Positions 8,739 through 19,834 of a stretch of 39,677 bases of DNA are shown one piece after another. Below the pieces are notes generated by a model. The model ran no database searches. It was not told where the DNA came from and saw nothing but the letters and a program-made list of their open reading frames with translations. The translations under genes were made by a program, and so were the position numbers. Source of the DNA: a virus. The stretch lies in the UHGV virus genome UHGV-1472620; one strand, given 5' to 3'. Position 1 is the first letter of the stretch. Every line of letters begins with the position of its first letter.

Positions 8739-9590
8739 TCACTGTGCAGTTTTCGCTGATCGATTTTCAGCTCTAAATTCAAGAACCGTTTCAATATTTC
8801 TTTCCTTCAGCATATCAATAACATTTTTATTCATTTGACTATCACTGGTTAATAACTGGTAAACGTTGCTTCTCTCTTTATCAGAGTTTTCTTTAACAGC
8901 TGCTTTGCATGCCAAATGCTTATTGAAATTTTCTACATCGCTAGTACAGGAATTTACGGCTGCTGATGAAATATCAGACGCTGAAGAAACACCATCATCC
9001 AAACGTTTTATAGCATTTTCTATACATGAGTTAAGGGAATAAACGACAACTGAGCGATACCCTTCAGACGCACACCATTCTAAATTTCTTGAAGGATCGA
9101 GTGGTTTTACTTCGCTGGATTGAATTAACTTGTCAAAAACTGACTTATATTCAATCTGTTTTTTATCTATAGCCCATACTTCAGTAGCTGATTTATAATT
9201 CCCCGTATGCCTATTAACATCAAATCCATGCTTTATAAGCAAATCTGCCCATGAAAGATTTATTGATTCATTGTTATGAGGCCATTTTCCTGTCAGAACC
9301 GCCCCCATAGACCCCATATATCCGCCATATGATGGTATAGCACCATGGCTCAGTAACTTCTCAGCAACCACAGGGCAATTAATTACATAAGAGGCGTAAA
9401 GCCCATTCCATAAAGCCCCTCTATAGTAATCGCCACGATTAGGTTCTTTTAAGTCGATAGCCTTTGATAATTGTTCACACGTTTTGCATGCATCAAAGTT
9501 ATCCTTATTGCATTGCAATGAACTGGCAGCTGTAGGATTTACAGAGACTATTGAAAGCACTATGCCAAAAAACAAATTTATTTTTTTCAT
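8739..9590 (-). CDS. Secreted or periplasmic protein of unknown function
   Basis: N-terminal signal peptide MKKINLFFGIVLSIVSVNPTAASS; AT-rich; start abuts stop of 1129-aa virion protein (TAGGATG). Confidence 0.6.
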   Translation of the reverse strand: MKKINLFFGIVLSIVSVNPTAASSLQCNKDNFDACKTCEQLSKAIDLKEPNRGDYYRGALWNGLYASYVINCPVVAEKLLSHGAIPSYGGYMGSMGAVLTGKWPHNNESINLSWADLLIKHGFDVNRHTGNYKSATEVWAIDKKQIEYKSVFDKLIQSSEVKPLDPSRNLEWCASEGYRSVVVYSLNSCIENAIKRLDDGVSSASDISSAAVNSCTSDVENFNKHLACKAAVKENSDKERSNVYQLLTSDSQMNKNVIDMLKERNIETVLEFRAENRSAKTAQ

Positions 9591-9591
9591 C

Positions 9592-12500
9592 CTATTTCAT
9601 CTGCTCTTCAACTTTATTTAGTAATGGTGATATCGCCCACAGATTCTGAAAAGGTAGCATTTTACGGACAGCGTGGGTTTGCTGGCTGTCAAATTCTCCG
9701 TTAAGTACACCATTTGCAACCGTCGCGGCATCACCGCCAAGATCAAAGGTAGGACCAAGTAAAGCACCAATAGCATTACGACTCTGAAACCTTGATACCG
9801 GAGGCGCACCAAACATCGCGCCAAGACCAAACCTACCGCCGCTTATGTTCTCAACGGTATTCAGCGGCTCAGAGAGCCAGCCAAGCATTCCGCCCCGGTC
9901 GATCCCCTCTTTCACAAGGTTATTCCAGCTGTAGTCGATATCGCGACCGCTTAACTTCTGTTTCATCATATAGACCATTGAGCCAAGCGCAATCGTGCCA
10001 AGCGCACCAAGATAGAATGCAGCATCGCCCTGCTGGATACCAGATACCAGCACCCTGTTATGCTGTGCGAAGATAAACGTTTTGAACTGCGTGATCATCT
10101 TCCAGCCTTCTTTACTAAAAAACAGCGGTGTATCACCTACGCCAGGCGTTACAATCACTGAGTCTACATCTTTCAGCACTGCAGACTGGAAAATCTCTCT
10201 AGCGAAACGGTCATCCCACAGATGACTATGCCCGGTTAACAGCCCGTCCATATCCTCTCCGTGCTTCCCGAATTGCTCCCCGATTCGGCGCAGAACATCT
10301 TCATTGATGCCGACCTGTGCCATCTTCCGCATTTCACTTTTGGAGAGCGTGCCACCAGCAGAAACTTGGCGAGCCGCGTCAAGTATCCTCGACTGCACTA
10401 TCATCCCGGACCATGATTTAAGTGCGCTGTTCCACTGATTCATCAGCGTCCAGTTACCGAATTTCTGCGTCATCCAGTTCAGACCTCGCTCAGCGGCGCT
10501 TCTCCGGCTATAGGGGTCAGTAAGATCCGCTATAGCCTTTGTACGCGTAGACAGGACATAATCAAGCCCAACGGCCATTTCTCGCAAATCCCTGGTTGCA
10601 ATTTTCACTGAGTCCATATTTTTAAGCATGCTTACCATTGGTCCGAGAGATTTTCTCAGGCCATGCTGCATCATCGGTCGCATCAGATCAGTTGCAGCGG
10701 AGACAGTCATTCCACCAAGCAAACGGAGGAAGTTAATATTCCTAGCAACTCGCCCGGCACGAACAAAGAAACTGCGTGGATCTTGAGGTGCGCCGTAAGT
10801 ACCAAGCAGTCGATCACGCATAGCCGTAATATCCCTAATATCAGCCTCCCGTTGCTTCTCAAGAGCTGCACGTCGTTTAGGTGTTTTAGCCTCTTTTATT
10901 AGCCGGGTATATTCCTCACTAACCTGACGGATTTGCTCCCCCATATCTTTACGGCCAAACTGCGCAGTCAGCTCAATTTCTGGCGCCACCTGCCGGAGAT
11001 AACTTTCCATGATGTAGTTAACATCTGATTCAAGAAAATCTTCTATACGCTCATCAGGAATAAGCAGCGTTCGGCTTTTAGTGAAACCAGCCCGACCAAC
11101 GAGTCTCTCTGGGATAATATCGGCTGGTACAAGCCCGGAAGGTGCGCCTATTATTTTATTCACGATCTCGTCAGCAGCGTCCTCTGCTTCCTCTCGGGAT
11201 AGAGGCTCCATCTGCTTCAGTGCTCGTTCGCGGCTTGCATTCAGCCTTGTGGTTGAATTTGCCCGTTTTTGCAGTCGGCGAAGCTCAGAACGATATTTCC
11301 GTGGATTATCCAGCAACTCCATATGGCGCTGATAGACAGGAAGCTCACTCTTTGCCTGCGCTATATCATCAAGGCGTGTTTTAAGGTCAGAGCTTTCTTT
11401 CATCATTCTTGCCTGAAGTTTTTCTGATGAAGTCTCGGCCAACTCTTTTTCTATTCTTGTAAGACGCGCCTGTGTGTCAGTCTCCTGAGATATAAGCTTA
11501 TTTCGTTTATCCAGTTCTTCCATGAGTAGAATTTTTTTACCAGACCATTTCTCCGCTTCAGCGATTTCACTAGCGAGAGCATCAGCGCGCGGTGCTGATT
11601 CCTCTGCAGTTTTTAGCAATGAATTTATCCTTTCAATTCGCTGACCTGCTTTGTCAGCACCTTTGGCACTAATCCCTTGTATCCAGTTGGCAATTCGCCC
11701 TCTGAATTCAGTGCGGTCGGAAAGTATCTTATCGAACTTATAAATGCGGGGAAGATAACTTTTCGCCGTCACGACATCGATATCCTCAGGAAGGATCCCC
11801 AGTTCCTGCATACGGGCTTTTGTGGTCTCGAAAATGGGGCGGATTCTGGCGGCTGCTTGTGAAACCTCAGGAATATCACTCTGATCACCACGGCGCATAG
11901 CCATGCCAACAGCTTCATTGAAATCAATAAAGTTCATCCTCTTCACGCCGCGGTCGCTAACAGATTTGCTGTACTGCTGGTAAGCATCACGAGTAGCTTC
12001 CATCTGCTTATAAAGCATGGCGTCGTATTGCTTAATCTTAGTCTCGACTGCCGTAAACGTAGCCAACCCCTCATCATTTTTGGCGAAGAAATAGTTATTT
12101 TCGGCAAGCTGCTGGTTAATCTGACGGGAAACAAGAGATGGTGATTGCGCCAAGCGGCCAGCAGGAGTGACACTCAACGTTTTGTTAGCAAGTCCAAGTC
12201 CAGCGAGCTGTTCCTGATCGAGTGTGGTATTGAAAACCTGAGCTGCACCAATGCTTTGAGGAGAATCCATACCTCGCAAATGATTACCTACTGAGTTAAC
12301 CACTGCCTCGCGCGCGCTAGGTCCAGCAAGTAGCTGTGCACCAGCACCAAGGATCCCACCAACGAGAGCATCAACAACAACGTTCGATACGCTCTCCATC
12401 GGTGAGCGAGCTTCCTGAGTGGCCTGCAATGCGGCCTCTGAAGCAACACTGCCAGCAGCATTGGCTAAAGCAAAACGTCCGGCTGTTTCTGCAATACGAC

Positions 12501-12981
12501 CGCCACGAACGACAGCGCCGAACGGAATAAACATAGAAATCGCATTGAATGGATCTGCTAATCTCATTGCTACAGAAGAGACTGTACCAGCAAATCCCAA
12601 GCCTGAATTGTATTCCATGTCAGCTCTCTGCTGATCGATTCGATGTTTAATTGCCATTGTTTCTTCAGGCGAACCGGAGTTGATAAACGAATCTGCAAAA
12701 TCTTCATAGCCTTTAATATCTGCTGCATCGTTATCAAATGGGTTATATCCTTCAACCCTGTCAAACTGACTGAAAGGAGCACTGGCAATAAAGCTACCCA
12801 GCGTGTTATCTATACGAAATGCTGCTTGTCTAGACCTTTGAACGCGTTGATCACTGGTAAATGGGTTCACAGCAGAAAGCAAAGAAGGTGTTTCCATATA
12901 GAAATTACTGTCATCAGGTGCTGCTATTTGCTGAATATCCTCGCCAAGCAACTCTTTAGGATCCTGTTCATATATCGGCAT
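9592..12981 (-). CDS. Very large internal virion / ejection protein
   Basis: 1129 aa with long charged coiled-coil centre and Gly/Ala-rich N-terminus; position in late operon. Confidence 0.7.
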   Translation of the reverse strand: MPIYEQDPKELLGEDIQQIAAPDDSNFYMETPSLLSAVNPFTSDQRVQRSRQAAFRIDNTLGSFIASAPFSQFDRVEGYNPFDNDAADIKGYEDFADSFINSGSPEETMAIKHRIDQQRADMEYNSGLGFAGTVSSVAMRLADPFNAISMFIPFGAVVRGGRIAETAGRFALANAAGSVASEAALQATQEARSPMESVSNVVVDALVGGILGAGAQLLAGPSAREAVVNSVGNHLRGMDSPQSIGAAQVFNTTLDQEQLAGLGLANKTLSVTPAGRLAQSPSLVSRQINQQLAENNYFFAKNDEGLATFTAVETKIKQYDAMLYKQMEATRDAYQQYSKSVSDRGVKRMNFIDFNEAVGMAMRRGDQSDIPEVSQAAARIRPIFETTKARMQELGILPEDIDVVTAKSYLPRIYKFDKILSDRTEFRGRIANWIQGISAKGADKAGQRIERINSLLKTAEESAPRADALASEIAEAEKWSGKKILLMEELDKRNKLISQETDTQARLTRIEKELAETSSEKLQARMMKESSDLKTRLDDIAQAKSELPVYQRHMELLDNPRKYRSELRRLQKRANSTTRLNASRERALKQMEPLSREEAEDAADEIVNKIIGAPSGLVPADIIPERLVGRAGFTKSRTLLIPDERIEDFLESDVNYIMESYLRQVAPEIELTAQFGRKDMGEQIRQVSEEYTRLIKEAKTPKRRAALEKQREADIRDITAMRDRLLGTYGAPQDPRSFFVRAGRVARNINFLRLLGGMTVSAATDLMRPMMQHGLRKSLGPMVSMLKNMDSVKIATRDLREMAVGLDYVLSTRTKAIADLTDPYSRRSAAERGLNWMTQKFGNWTLMNQWNSALKSWSGMIVQSRILDAARQVSAGGTLSKSEMRKMAQVGINEDVLRRIGEQFGKHGEDMDGLLTGHSHLWDDRFAREIFQSAVLKDVDSVIVTPGVGDTPLFFSKEGWKMITQFKTFIFAQHNRVLVSGIQQGDAAFYLGALGTIALGSMVYMMKQKLSGRDIDYSWNNLVKEGIDRGGMLGWLSEPLNTVENISGGRFGLGAMFGAPPVSRFQSRNAIGALLGPTFDLGGDAATVANGVLNGEFDSQQTHAVRKMLPFQNLWAISPLLNKVEEQMK

Positions 12982-15731
12982 TATTTGCCCCCTGCGTATA
13001 TATTGCTCGGAAGGTAATTGGCTGAACCATAACCGAATGGTTTGGTCAGATCTGGAGGAGTATATCCATCTTTATTGCTGAACTGCGGCAGCGGATTGCC
13101 TTCTCTCCGCACTCTAGCCTCATCAACACGCTGTTGCTGGAACTGAATGGTTTGCCTGTACATTGGAGATGTCAGCTGATCCGGCTTGAAACGAACAGGG
13201 AGACCATTTTCTCCAATATAATTTCTCGGTTCTATCGCTCCGTTTGCGTCAGGCTGTAAAACCATAACAGCATAACTCCTATCCCTTGCCGTAAGGCCAT
13301 CAGAAACAAGTATTAAGTCCGTATCACTGCGAGGACCGCCAAAGGATTTTGATTTAAGCTCGCGTTTTTCCTGCTCCCACTGCCCCTGTATCCAGTTACC
13401 AGCACCATTATTTACTCCGTACAATGCCTCAGGTGCATACTTCATAACCTCTGCTTTGCCATTAACCGTAGAAACTCCCCAGGTGGTTCTGATCATGGCA
13501 TTGGTCATTTTCTCAGCCTGTTCTGCATCGCCACCTGTCTGTACAAAGTTAGCATCGTAAATTGTCTGGTAATCTCGCTGATAGGCCGCATTTGATTTTC
13601 CTGGATCGGTAATATCCGGAGACCACGAACCAAAGGAAGTCAGACTGCTGGCGTTATTTTGTGCAGCAGTTGCCCTCGCCGCGACATATTTTTTGTCTCG
13701 CATGGCAGTGGAAAGCATCTGTTTCATTCGGTCATCCTGTTGGAAAACCTGGCTGTAAGCCATATCAACAGCCTTATCCTCCGGCATGCCAGCGCGGGAA
13801 TAATCGTAAACCTTGCCGTAAAATGCCATCGTACTTTTATCAAGTGTTGCCGCTGCCGCCGGATTATTATCGAATAACTGACCGTAGAATTTTGCCATCG
13901 GGACAACCAGCGCAGGATCTCTTGATGTTGCTCCACTGTTAAGCATTGTTTTAACCTGAGTTGGTATCATGCCGCTTTTAGTTGTGACGGTGACCAGTGT
14001 ATTGATGCTCTGCGGATCAGATATGGAAAACGAAGGCGCGATATCCTGCGCGAAATAACGGTCTACCGCTGCCTGATTGTTTTTGTCGTTCGGGTCCAGC
14101 GGGAAGTTATTTTGCATTGAAGACACGAACCTGTTTCTTCCCTGCTGAATCTCCCACTCCCTATCCATCTCTTTAAATTTGGCCTGCATTTTCTCCCAGC
14201 GTTGCTGGTTAGCTGCAAATCCAGGAGTGTTTGGATCCTGTGGACGTAAACGTTCAAGAATGTCTTGTCGTCCTTCTGGAGTGAGGTCTTTAGCGGCACC
14301 AATGACACCTCCATATTGTATCTGCGCCTGCATATCCTTCCACTTCATAGCGCCAATGCGCGGACCATTGGCCCGGATAAAATCGTCCTCAGAAGGTAAC
14401 TTCTCAGGTTTCAATCCTTCATCAAGGGCTGAATATGCATCTTTAACTACGGTGCTAAGCTGGTCCGCATACTGCTGGCGGTACTGATTTCTCAGCTCAT
14501 TAGCCTGCCTCAATGCCTGTATTTGCATTTGAGGGCTCATAGCGTCAAATGCCGCATTGCCCGTATAACGCTTAGGTGAATCAAGGTTAGTTAGACCAAG
14601 GGCTGCCGAGATACCAGTTTCAAGCTGTTCGGTGCTATAAGGCATACTGCCATTTTCGTGTTTAATAATCCCAGCACATAAAGCAGCTAGTGTCTTTGGG
14701 TTAGAGATATCAAGCTGATCATTCTCCCCAACACCAAGCTCACTACACAATGCCCTAATATAAGCATCAGTATTATTACCATCACTAGCCGGAGCATAGC
14801 GATTAACAATCTCGCTAACGGTGTCATAGCCTTGACGCTGGTAAGACAACATATTTTTACCCAACGCGCGGATTCCATGCTCAGGGGTAGCAAACGTTGC
14901 AAAACGTCCATCGCTACCGATCTGACCTTCCCACGGGTTAGATTTGCTCGCTTCAATATTACCAGGGTTATTATTACGTAAACCACGAGCATCCAATGAA
15001 TTACCATGTGATATTGCACGACTCACACCATCAAGATCCCCTGGCTCTCCATTAACCTGAAGAAACTCGTTGTATTTTTGAGCGATATTTCCTATCCATG
15101 CTTGCTGCCCCATTTGTTCCTTGAGCTGAGTTTTCTGCTGAACACGCCACTCATCAGGAAGCCCATGCGCATCAGCGTATTGATCAATAGATTCAAATCG
15201 CTGCTTGGCTAAATCGACAAATGCTTGGTTATCGCTATATAGCCCCGCAGACTGAGTGACAGCCAATGCATTTCCTGACAAATACGTTTGATCTTGGAAT
15301 TGCTGAAACTGCCCAACTTCATATCGACGTGCCTGATTGTAATAAGACTGCATAGACTGCTGGAGTTGAAAGGATAATTTATTCCTTTCCTCACTTTCAG
15401 GAATTGAGCCTAATAATGCCTGAGCCCTTTCCTGCATATTTTTCATAACAGCGTCACTCTGACCAAGAGCGTTTTTACCCTGTTTAGAAATCAGCCCATT
15501 TTCAGGGTTGTTAATCTGGTCATCTGCAAATTGGTTAAATTGCAGTAACGCCTCCTGGGCCATAGCAACATTCGCTTTCTGCCTGGCTTCACCATATGCC
15601 ACCGCATACTGATCTGCGACATTCGCCAGCACCTGACCTGCTTGAGGAACATCGAAGGTCTGAAAACCACCGGTTTGCACACCACGACTTTGCACCTGGC
15701 GTCCGGATGTAGTAGGAACAACAGGCATCAA
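12981..15731 (-). CDS. Large internal virion protein
   Basis: 916 aa, Gln-rich, follows small hydrophobic core proteins in late operon; function inferred from size and position only. Confidence 0.65.
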   Translation of the reverse strand: MMPVVPTTSGRQVQSRGVQTGGFQTFDVPQAGQVLANVADQYAVAYGEARQKANVAMAQEALLQFNQFADDQINNPENGLISKQGKNALGQSDAVMKNMQERAQALLGSIPESEERNKLSFQLQQSMQSYYNQARRYEVGQFQQFQDQTYLSGNALAVTQSAGLYSDNQAFVDLAKQRFESIDQYADAHGLPDEWRVQQKTQLKEQMGQQAWIGNIAQKYNEFLQVNGEPGDLDGVSRAISHGNSLDARGLRNNNPGNIEASKSNPWEGQIGSDGRFATFATPEHGIRALGKNMLSYQRQGYDTVSEIVNRYAPASDGNNTDAYIRALCSELGVGENDQLDISNPKTLAALCAGIIKHENGSMPYSTEQLETGISAALGLTNLDSPKRYTGNAAFDAMSPQMQIQALRQANELRNQYRQQYADQLSTVVKDAYSALDEGLKPEKLPSEDDFIRANGPRIGAMKWKDMQAQIQYGGVIGAAKDLTPEGRQDILERLRPQDPNTPGFAANQQRWEKMQAKFKEMDREWEIQQGRNRFVSSMQNNFPLDPNDKNNQAAVDRYFAQDIAPSFSISDPQSINTLVTVTTKSGMIPTQVKTMLNSGATSRDPALVVPMAKFYGQLFDNNPAAAATLDKSTMAFYGKVYDYSRAGMPEDKAVDMAYSQVFQQDDRMKQMLSTAMRDKKYVAARATAAQNNASSLTSFGSWSPDITDPGKSNAAYQRDYQTIYDANFVQTGGDAEQAEKMTNAMIRTTWGVSTVNGKAEVMKYAPEALYGVNNGAGNWIQGQWEQEKRELKSKSFGGPRSDTDLILVSDGLTARDRSYAVMVLQPDANGAIEPRNYIGENGLPVRFKPDQLTSPMYRQTIQFQQQRVDEARVRREGNPLPQFSNKDGYTPPDLTKPFGYGSANYLPSNIYAGGK

Positions 15732-16294
15732 TAACCTCCTATTTTGAATCGGGAGTCAGAATTCATAAAACCTGAGTTAGATAACATTGGCGTGTTTCCT
15801 TGCTTACTAATCGGATTGATACTTCCGCCACCCAACTTATATGCACCGTATGCTTTTAGTGGTGCCGTTAACAAAGTGCTGGTCATCGATGATTTAGCAG
15901 CCGACTGAGCAGCAGCCCCCTGTGCCTGAGCATTCATTCCCTGAACCTGATACCCATATGCCTCACGCTGAGCATTATTCACTGTCGTTAACGCATCAAG
16001 AGTGCCGAACTGAGCATTATCCGCAAAAACGTCAAGAGCTGTTCCGCTACTTAATTCCGCACCGGTAGCCCCCATAGTGGCCGCCGCAGTGCCTGAGCGT
16101 TGACGCATTTCACGACGACGCTGATCCGCTTCAATATTCCCACGATTGATTGAATCCTGTGCCTGAGCTTCAGCAATTTCAGCATTCCGATCAGCTATGG
16201 CTGACTGGTATTTTGCCTGCTTGCTCTGGCTGTACATTGACGCGGCTGTGGATGCCACTGTGACGGCAACCAAAGCGATGGCTGGGTTACACAT
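15728..16294 (-). CDS. Internal virion protein (hydrophobic N-terminus, Ala/Gln-rich)
   Basis: 188 aa; coupled to neighbours in structural operon. Confidence 0.5.
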   Translation of the reverse strand: MCNPAIALVAVTVASTAASMYSQSKQAKYQSAIADRNAEIAEAQAQDSINRGNIEADQRRREMRQRSGTAAATMGATGAELSSGTALDVFADNAQFGTLDALTTVNNAQREAYGYQVQGMNAQAQGAAAQSAAKSSMTSTLLTAPLKAYGAYKLGGGSINPISKQGNTPMLSNSGFMNSDSRFKIGGY

Positions 16295-16758
16295 TATTTT
16301 CTCTCCATGTGAAATCTGTGGAAATTAAGACCAAGAGCACCATAAGGCGCGGCTTCTTCAAGCCTGAATCCAAGCCAGTGCAGCCATGCTTTGGCAACAT
16401 GGTTTCGCTCGTCGACATAGTTTTCCAGGCGCGGATAAACTGCCAGCATCTGCTGCAATACAGGTCGGCAGTGGCGAAGAAATGTCTTCTGATATTTTTC
16501 AATACGGCTGGTTCCGACCAGCCAGGGCGTACCATTGCCACCGATCATTGACGCCGGAGATACGCCAAACATGGTTACCAGTTCTCCGTTCGCAAATCCT
16601 GACCAGGCCATAGTCGCAGTGCGAAGACCAACACGCAGCGCATCTTCGGTAGTCATCAGCGATACCGCATACAGTTCGTCAATATCAGCCTGACGAACAT
16701 CCGGCAAAATCATCTGAAGATGCTCTTCGGTGGCGGGAATAATTCGAACCTCGATCAT
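16294..16758 (-). CDS. Virion-associated protein of unknown function
   Basis: 154 aa ORF tightly coupled between tail and core genes. Confidence 0.45.
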   Translation of the reverse strand: MIEVRIIPATEEHLQMILPDVRQADIDELYAVSLMTTEDALRVGLRTATMAWSGFANGELVTMFGVSPASMIGGNGTPWLVGTSRIEKYQKTFLRHCRPVLQQMLAVYPRLENYVDERNHVAKAWLHWLGFRLEEAAPYGALGLNFHRFHMERK

Positions 16759-19229
16759 CAGAATCCCCCAACAGTAAGGCGAGGAATAACGGCAAGAACA
16801 GACAGCGGCAACGGGTCAAGCTGACGGATTCTTACACGTCCGTTTTTGCCCCAGTTACTGTCCAGTTTCACTTCTACTTTTCCGGTAGCGTCATCAACAG
16901 GATCATCGTAGAACTCGAATTCACGCTGTGGATATTCGTACCATTTACCGCCGGGCGTAGTCGCCCAGATGCCGCGACTGGCATTCACAACCAGAGTAAC
17001 GGACGGGATCACCAGTTTTTTGTCCAGCAGCGTTTCCTGTCCGTTAATGTTGATATCCAGTGTTTCGAATTCAGCAGTTATTGGCAGGCCGATGTGCACT
17101 ACAGCCCCCGGAGATTCCAGCGTGACGGCACCTCCGGAAACCACTTTCTGTGGTTCCACGTTCGCATCAGAGAGAATGTTTACGGCCTGGCCTTCAAGAT
17201 GAGACAGGCCTCCAAATGTCCGGCGCGCCATCTGCCAGTTCGTGGTGGCCACACTCCTGAGGGATGGCGGGACGTTCCTGTTAGCACGAACCACTACAGC
17301 GGTATTGCTGGTTACAGAAATAATGTCGCAACGTAATTCTTTTGACACTTCATCGCCAGTATCAGGATCAGTTCCGGTATAAGGGAACTGTAGTTGCGCG
17401 CCGACATCACTACTGGTGAAGTACGCACCACCAGAAACACTGATTGTATATTCCGCACGGTAATCCCATTCACCAGAACCACCAGTGATGGTCATCGTTC
17501 TGTCAGACGTATTTCTTCCATCATAGCTAAGGCCAGAATCAACAAAGAAAGCATCTTCATCGCTGATAAATAAACGGCTGGACAGCCGCTCGATGTATCT
17601 CACTGTTTGCCCGTTAACGGTTCGGTTAACGACGAAATACACCGCATCTTCATTTCCTTCGCTGATACTGCATGTGCTTTCATATTTTCCGGTACTGGAC
17701 TGTGGTGCCCATGCAAAAACCTGTTGATCACGCAAATAGGTCATCACCAGTAATTTACCGTCATCACGAATGCAGAAGGCGCTGGAGTAAGGGACAATAG
17801 AGAAGCACCAGTCAACGATGCTGTGCTTCTGAAAAAGATGATTAGCAAGGATGGTCAGGTCGTTCCCCTGATAGCCGTCAACATCGAATGAGTAGGCCAG
17901 ATCACGGACAACACTGCCTTTCTCCTGGACGAACAGAGCAATATTCGCCACAGCAATTGGTGGGACGTTGCTTGAGCCATTTGATCCCTGAGAGCTGAAT
18001 GCAAATGATGATGGGGTTAACACTTTGTTCTGGTCGCCGGTGATGACGTACTCACCTCCGGAAGTCAGCGCCACCAGAGAGCCAACATCAATCAGGTGAC
18101 GGATCTCATTAACCTGACGCCCGGCATAGGTGTAGATAATTCTGTCGTCATCCTGCGTAGGATTGCTTTTGCCAAAATCCTTATAATCCCCGGTACGGCT
18201 GGCCCAGATAGTCTGAGGGAACGCAGTCGATGCGGCGAAGTAAAGACGTTGTTGATAATAAACAACAGTGCCAGGATAACCATTAACACTGTTCCAGGCA
18301 TATTTAGCCCATTTATAGCTGGCATTATCCTCGCCAACGACCTGCGAAGGGATATAGGAAATCACCTCGGCAGTTGCAGTAGTTCCATTTGCAGCAGTGA
18401 TACGGGCAATGCCAAAACCACTGTGCAGATATTCCCACTCAATGCCAGTATCATCATCACCGGATCCGCCCCAGCCATCCCATGATGTGCCTTCTGTATG
18501 CGAAGGGCGCAAAGTGCCTGTTTTGCCTGCTGTAACGGCGCGATAGTAGTTACTGTCTGCACGGCGAATATCGCCAATCGACGTACTCTTACTGGTTTCC
18601 CATACCGGCACTGAATCCACTGCAGGCTGTTCCAGATAGAACAATTTGCCTACCTGCTCCGCGCCAAAAATAGAGGCGCTTGCCGTTAACGTAATTGTCC
18701 CGGTGCTGGCGCTGGCATAAACCGTCACTGACTCGTCAATATTGATATCTTCAAATGGCCCGTTCTTCGTTACCACATCAACCAGTTGCCAGTTGTCATG
18801 CGCGTAGCGGCGCAACTCTTTCGGCGGGTATGCCGGGTGAACCAGCGTAAGCACGTCGGCGCTTTGCGTGAATTTAATTCGGAACAGATCGGCTTCAGTA
18901 TATGGCGTGGCAATTTCATAAATAACATTGCTGCTGTTCAGCACCAACGCACCATCTTTGATAACGCGCATGTACTGGTGCCCGAACTCCAGAGCATAGG
19001 TCTGAACCGTCGAGAACTGGAACGGGATCAGGCGGCATTTCCGATTTGGGTATTTGGCGGCACCAACAAAACGCGTACCAGGTCGATTCTCAACGCCGCC
19101 ATACTGCCGCACGATAAAGTTATCGCACTTGCGCAATGCCACCTGGTACTTCGCCATGTCGATACGACCGTACAACGACGGTCCAATCTCACCACCGGCA
19201 AAGCTGGGCTGGATCCAACTGATAGCCAT
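16758..19229 (-). CDS. Tail tubular protein B-like (nozzle)
   Basis: 823 aa directly downstream of adaptor-like gene; role inferred from size and gene order in podoviruses. Confidence 0.6.
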   Translation of the reverse strand: MAISWIQPSFAGGEIGPSLYGRIDMAKYQVALRKCDNFIVRQYGGVENRPGTRFVGAAKYPNRKCRLIPFQFSTVQTYALEFGHQYMRVIKDGALVLNSSNVIYEIATPYTEADLFRIKFTQSADVLTLVHPAYPPKELRRYAHDNWQLVDVVTKNGPFEDINIDESVTVYASASTGTITLTASASIFGAEQVGKLFYLEQPAVDSVPVWETSKSTSIGDIRRADSNYYRAVTAGKTGTLRPSHTEGTSWDGWGGSGDDDTGIEWEYLHSGFGIARITAANGTTATAEVISYIPSQVVGEDNASYKWAKYAWNSVNGYPGTVVYYQQRLYFAASTAFPQTIWASRTGDYKDFGKSNPTQDDDRIIYTYAGRQVNEIRHLIDVGSLVALTSGGEYVITGDQNKVLTPSSFAFSSQGSNGSSNVPPIAVANIALFVQEKGSVVRDLAYSFDVDGYQGNDLTILANHLFQKHSIVDWCFSIVPYSSAFCIRDDGKLLVMTYLRDQQVFAWAPQSSTGKYESTCSISEGNEDAVYFVVNRTVNGQTVRYIERLSSRLFISDEDAFFVDSGLSYDGRNTSDRTMTITGGSGEWDYRAEYTISVSGGAYFTSSDVGAQLQFPYTGTDPDTGDEVSKELRCDIISVTSNTAVVVRANRNVPPSLRSVATTNWQMARRTFGGLSHLEGQAVNILSDANVEPQKVVSGGAVTLESPGAVVHIGLPITAEFETLDININGQETLLDKKLVIPSVTLVVNASRGIWATTPGGKWYEYPQREFEFYDDPVDDATGKVEVKLDSNWGKNGRVRIRQLDPLPLSVLAVIPRLTVGGF

Positions 19230-19834
19230 CAGGACAACCTCGCAATGGTAAACTCGTCAACCGGTGGCTGTGGTTCCTGTGATTCATTCTGGCTATGCGA
19301 GCCAGCACTAAGAATCACGCGATTGTACATATTGAGGGCAAACGTACCGAGGTCTGCATTCCCAGTCAGCGCCATGTTAATAGCTGCCGCAAGACGCCAA
19401 GCCAACGCCTCCATAAAAATGGCATCAAACATGTTCACATCTGTAACGCGAGAGACATACTTGAGCCATGCCTGCGGCTGGTCTGTGTAGATCAATTTTC
19501 CTGTTCCGTTGGTGTCTGCACCAACTTCGTACTGAACACGCATTGCTGCTGTTGGATTGCGTACACCAGGAAGCATAATTTCAGTAATGCGCAGACAATC
19601 GGACGGGTACTGATACGCATATTCCCAGTCAGGCGGTGGATTGCTCGTATCTGCAAGCGCCACGCGTTTGGTAGCAAAGTTCCAGTCAAAATCAGAAAGC
19701 ACAGCATCACGGCAGGCCTCAAAGTGCAGCGAACATTCCCCCGCTTCCTTGCTGGCTTCCGTCAGGCTGTTAATGCTGCGGCTGTTGCCAATATTGGACA
19801 GCGCACGATTACAGATCTCTACTACAGAGGCCAT
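19229..19834 (-). CDS. Tail tubular protein A-like (adaptor)
   Basis: 201 aa; position between head genes and the 823-aa tail gene. Confidence 0.5.
   Translation of the reverse strand: MASVVEICNRALSNIGNSRSINSLTEASKEAGECSLHFEACRDAVLSDFDWNFATKRVALADTSNPPPDWEYAYQYPSDCLRITEIMLPGVRNPTAAMRVQYEVGADTNGTGKLIYTDQPQAWLKYVSRVTDVNMFDAIFMEALAWRLAAAINMALTGNADLGTFALNMYNRVILSAGSHSQNESQEPQPPVDEFTIARLS

Noticed and set aside
12981-15731. Peptidoglycan hydrolase domain in the 916-aa internal protein, suggested by an NNPGNIE motif
   Set aside because: No canonical lytic transglycosylase or lysozyme signature recognised by eye; kept as a generic internal virion protein.
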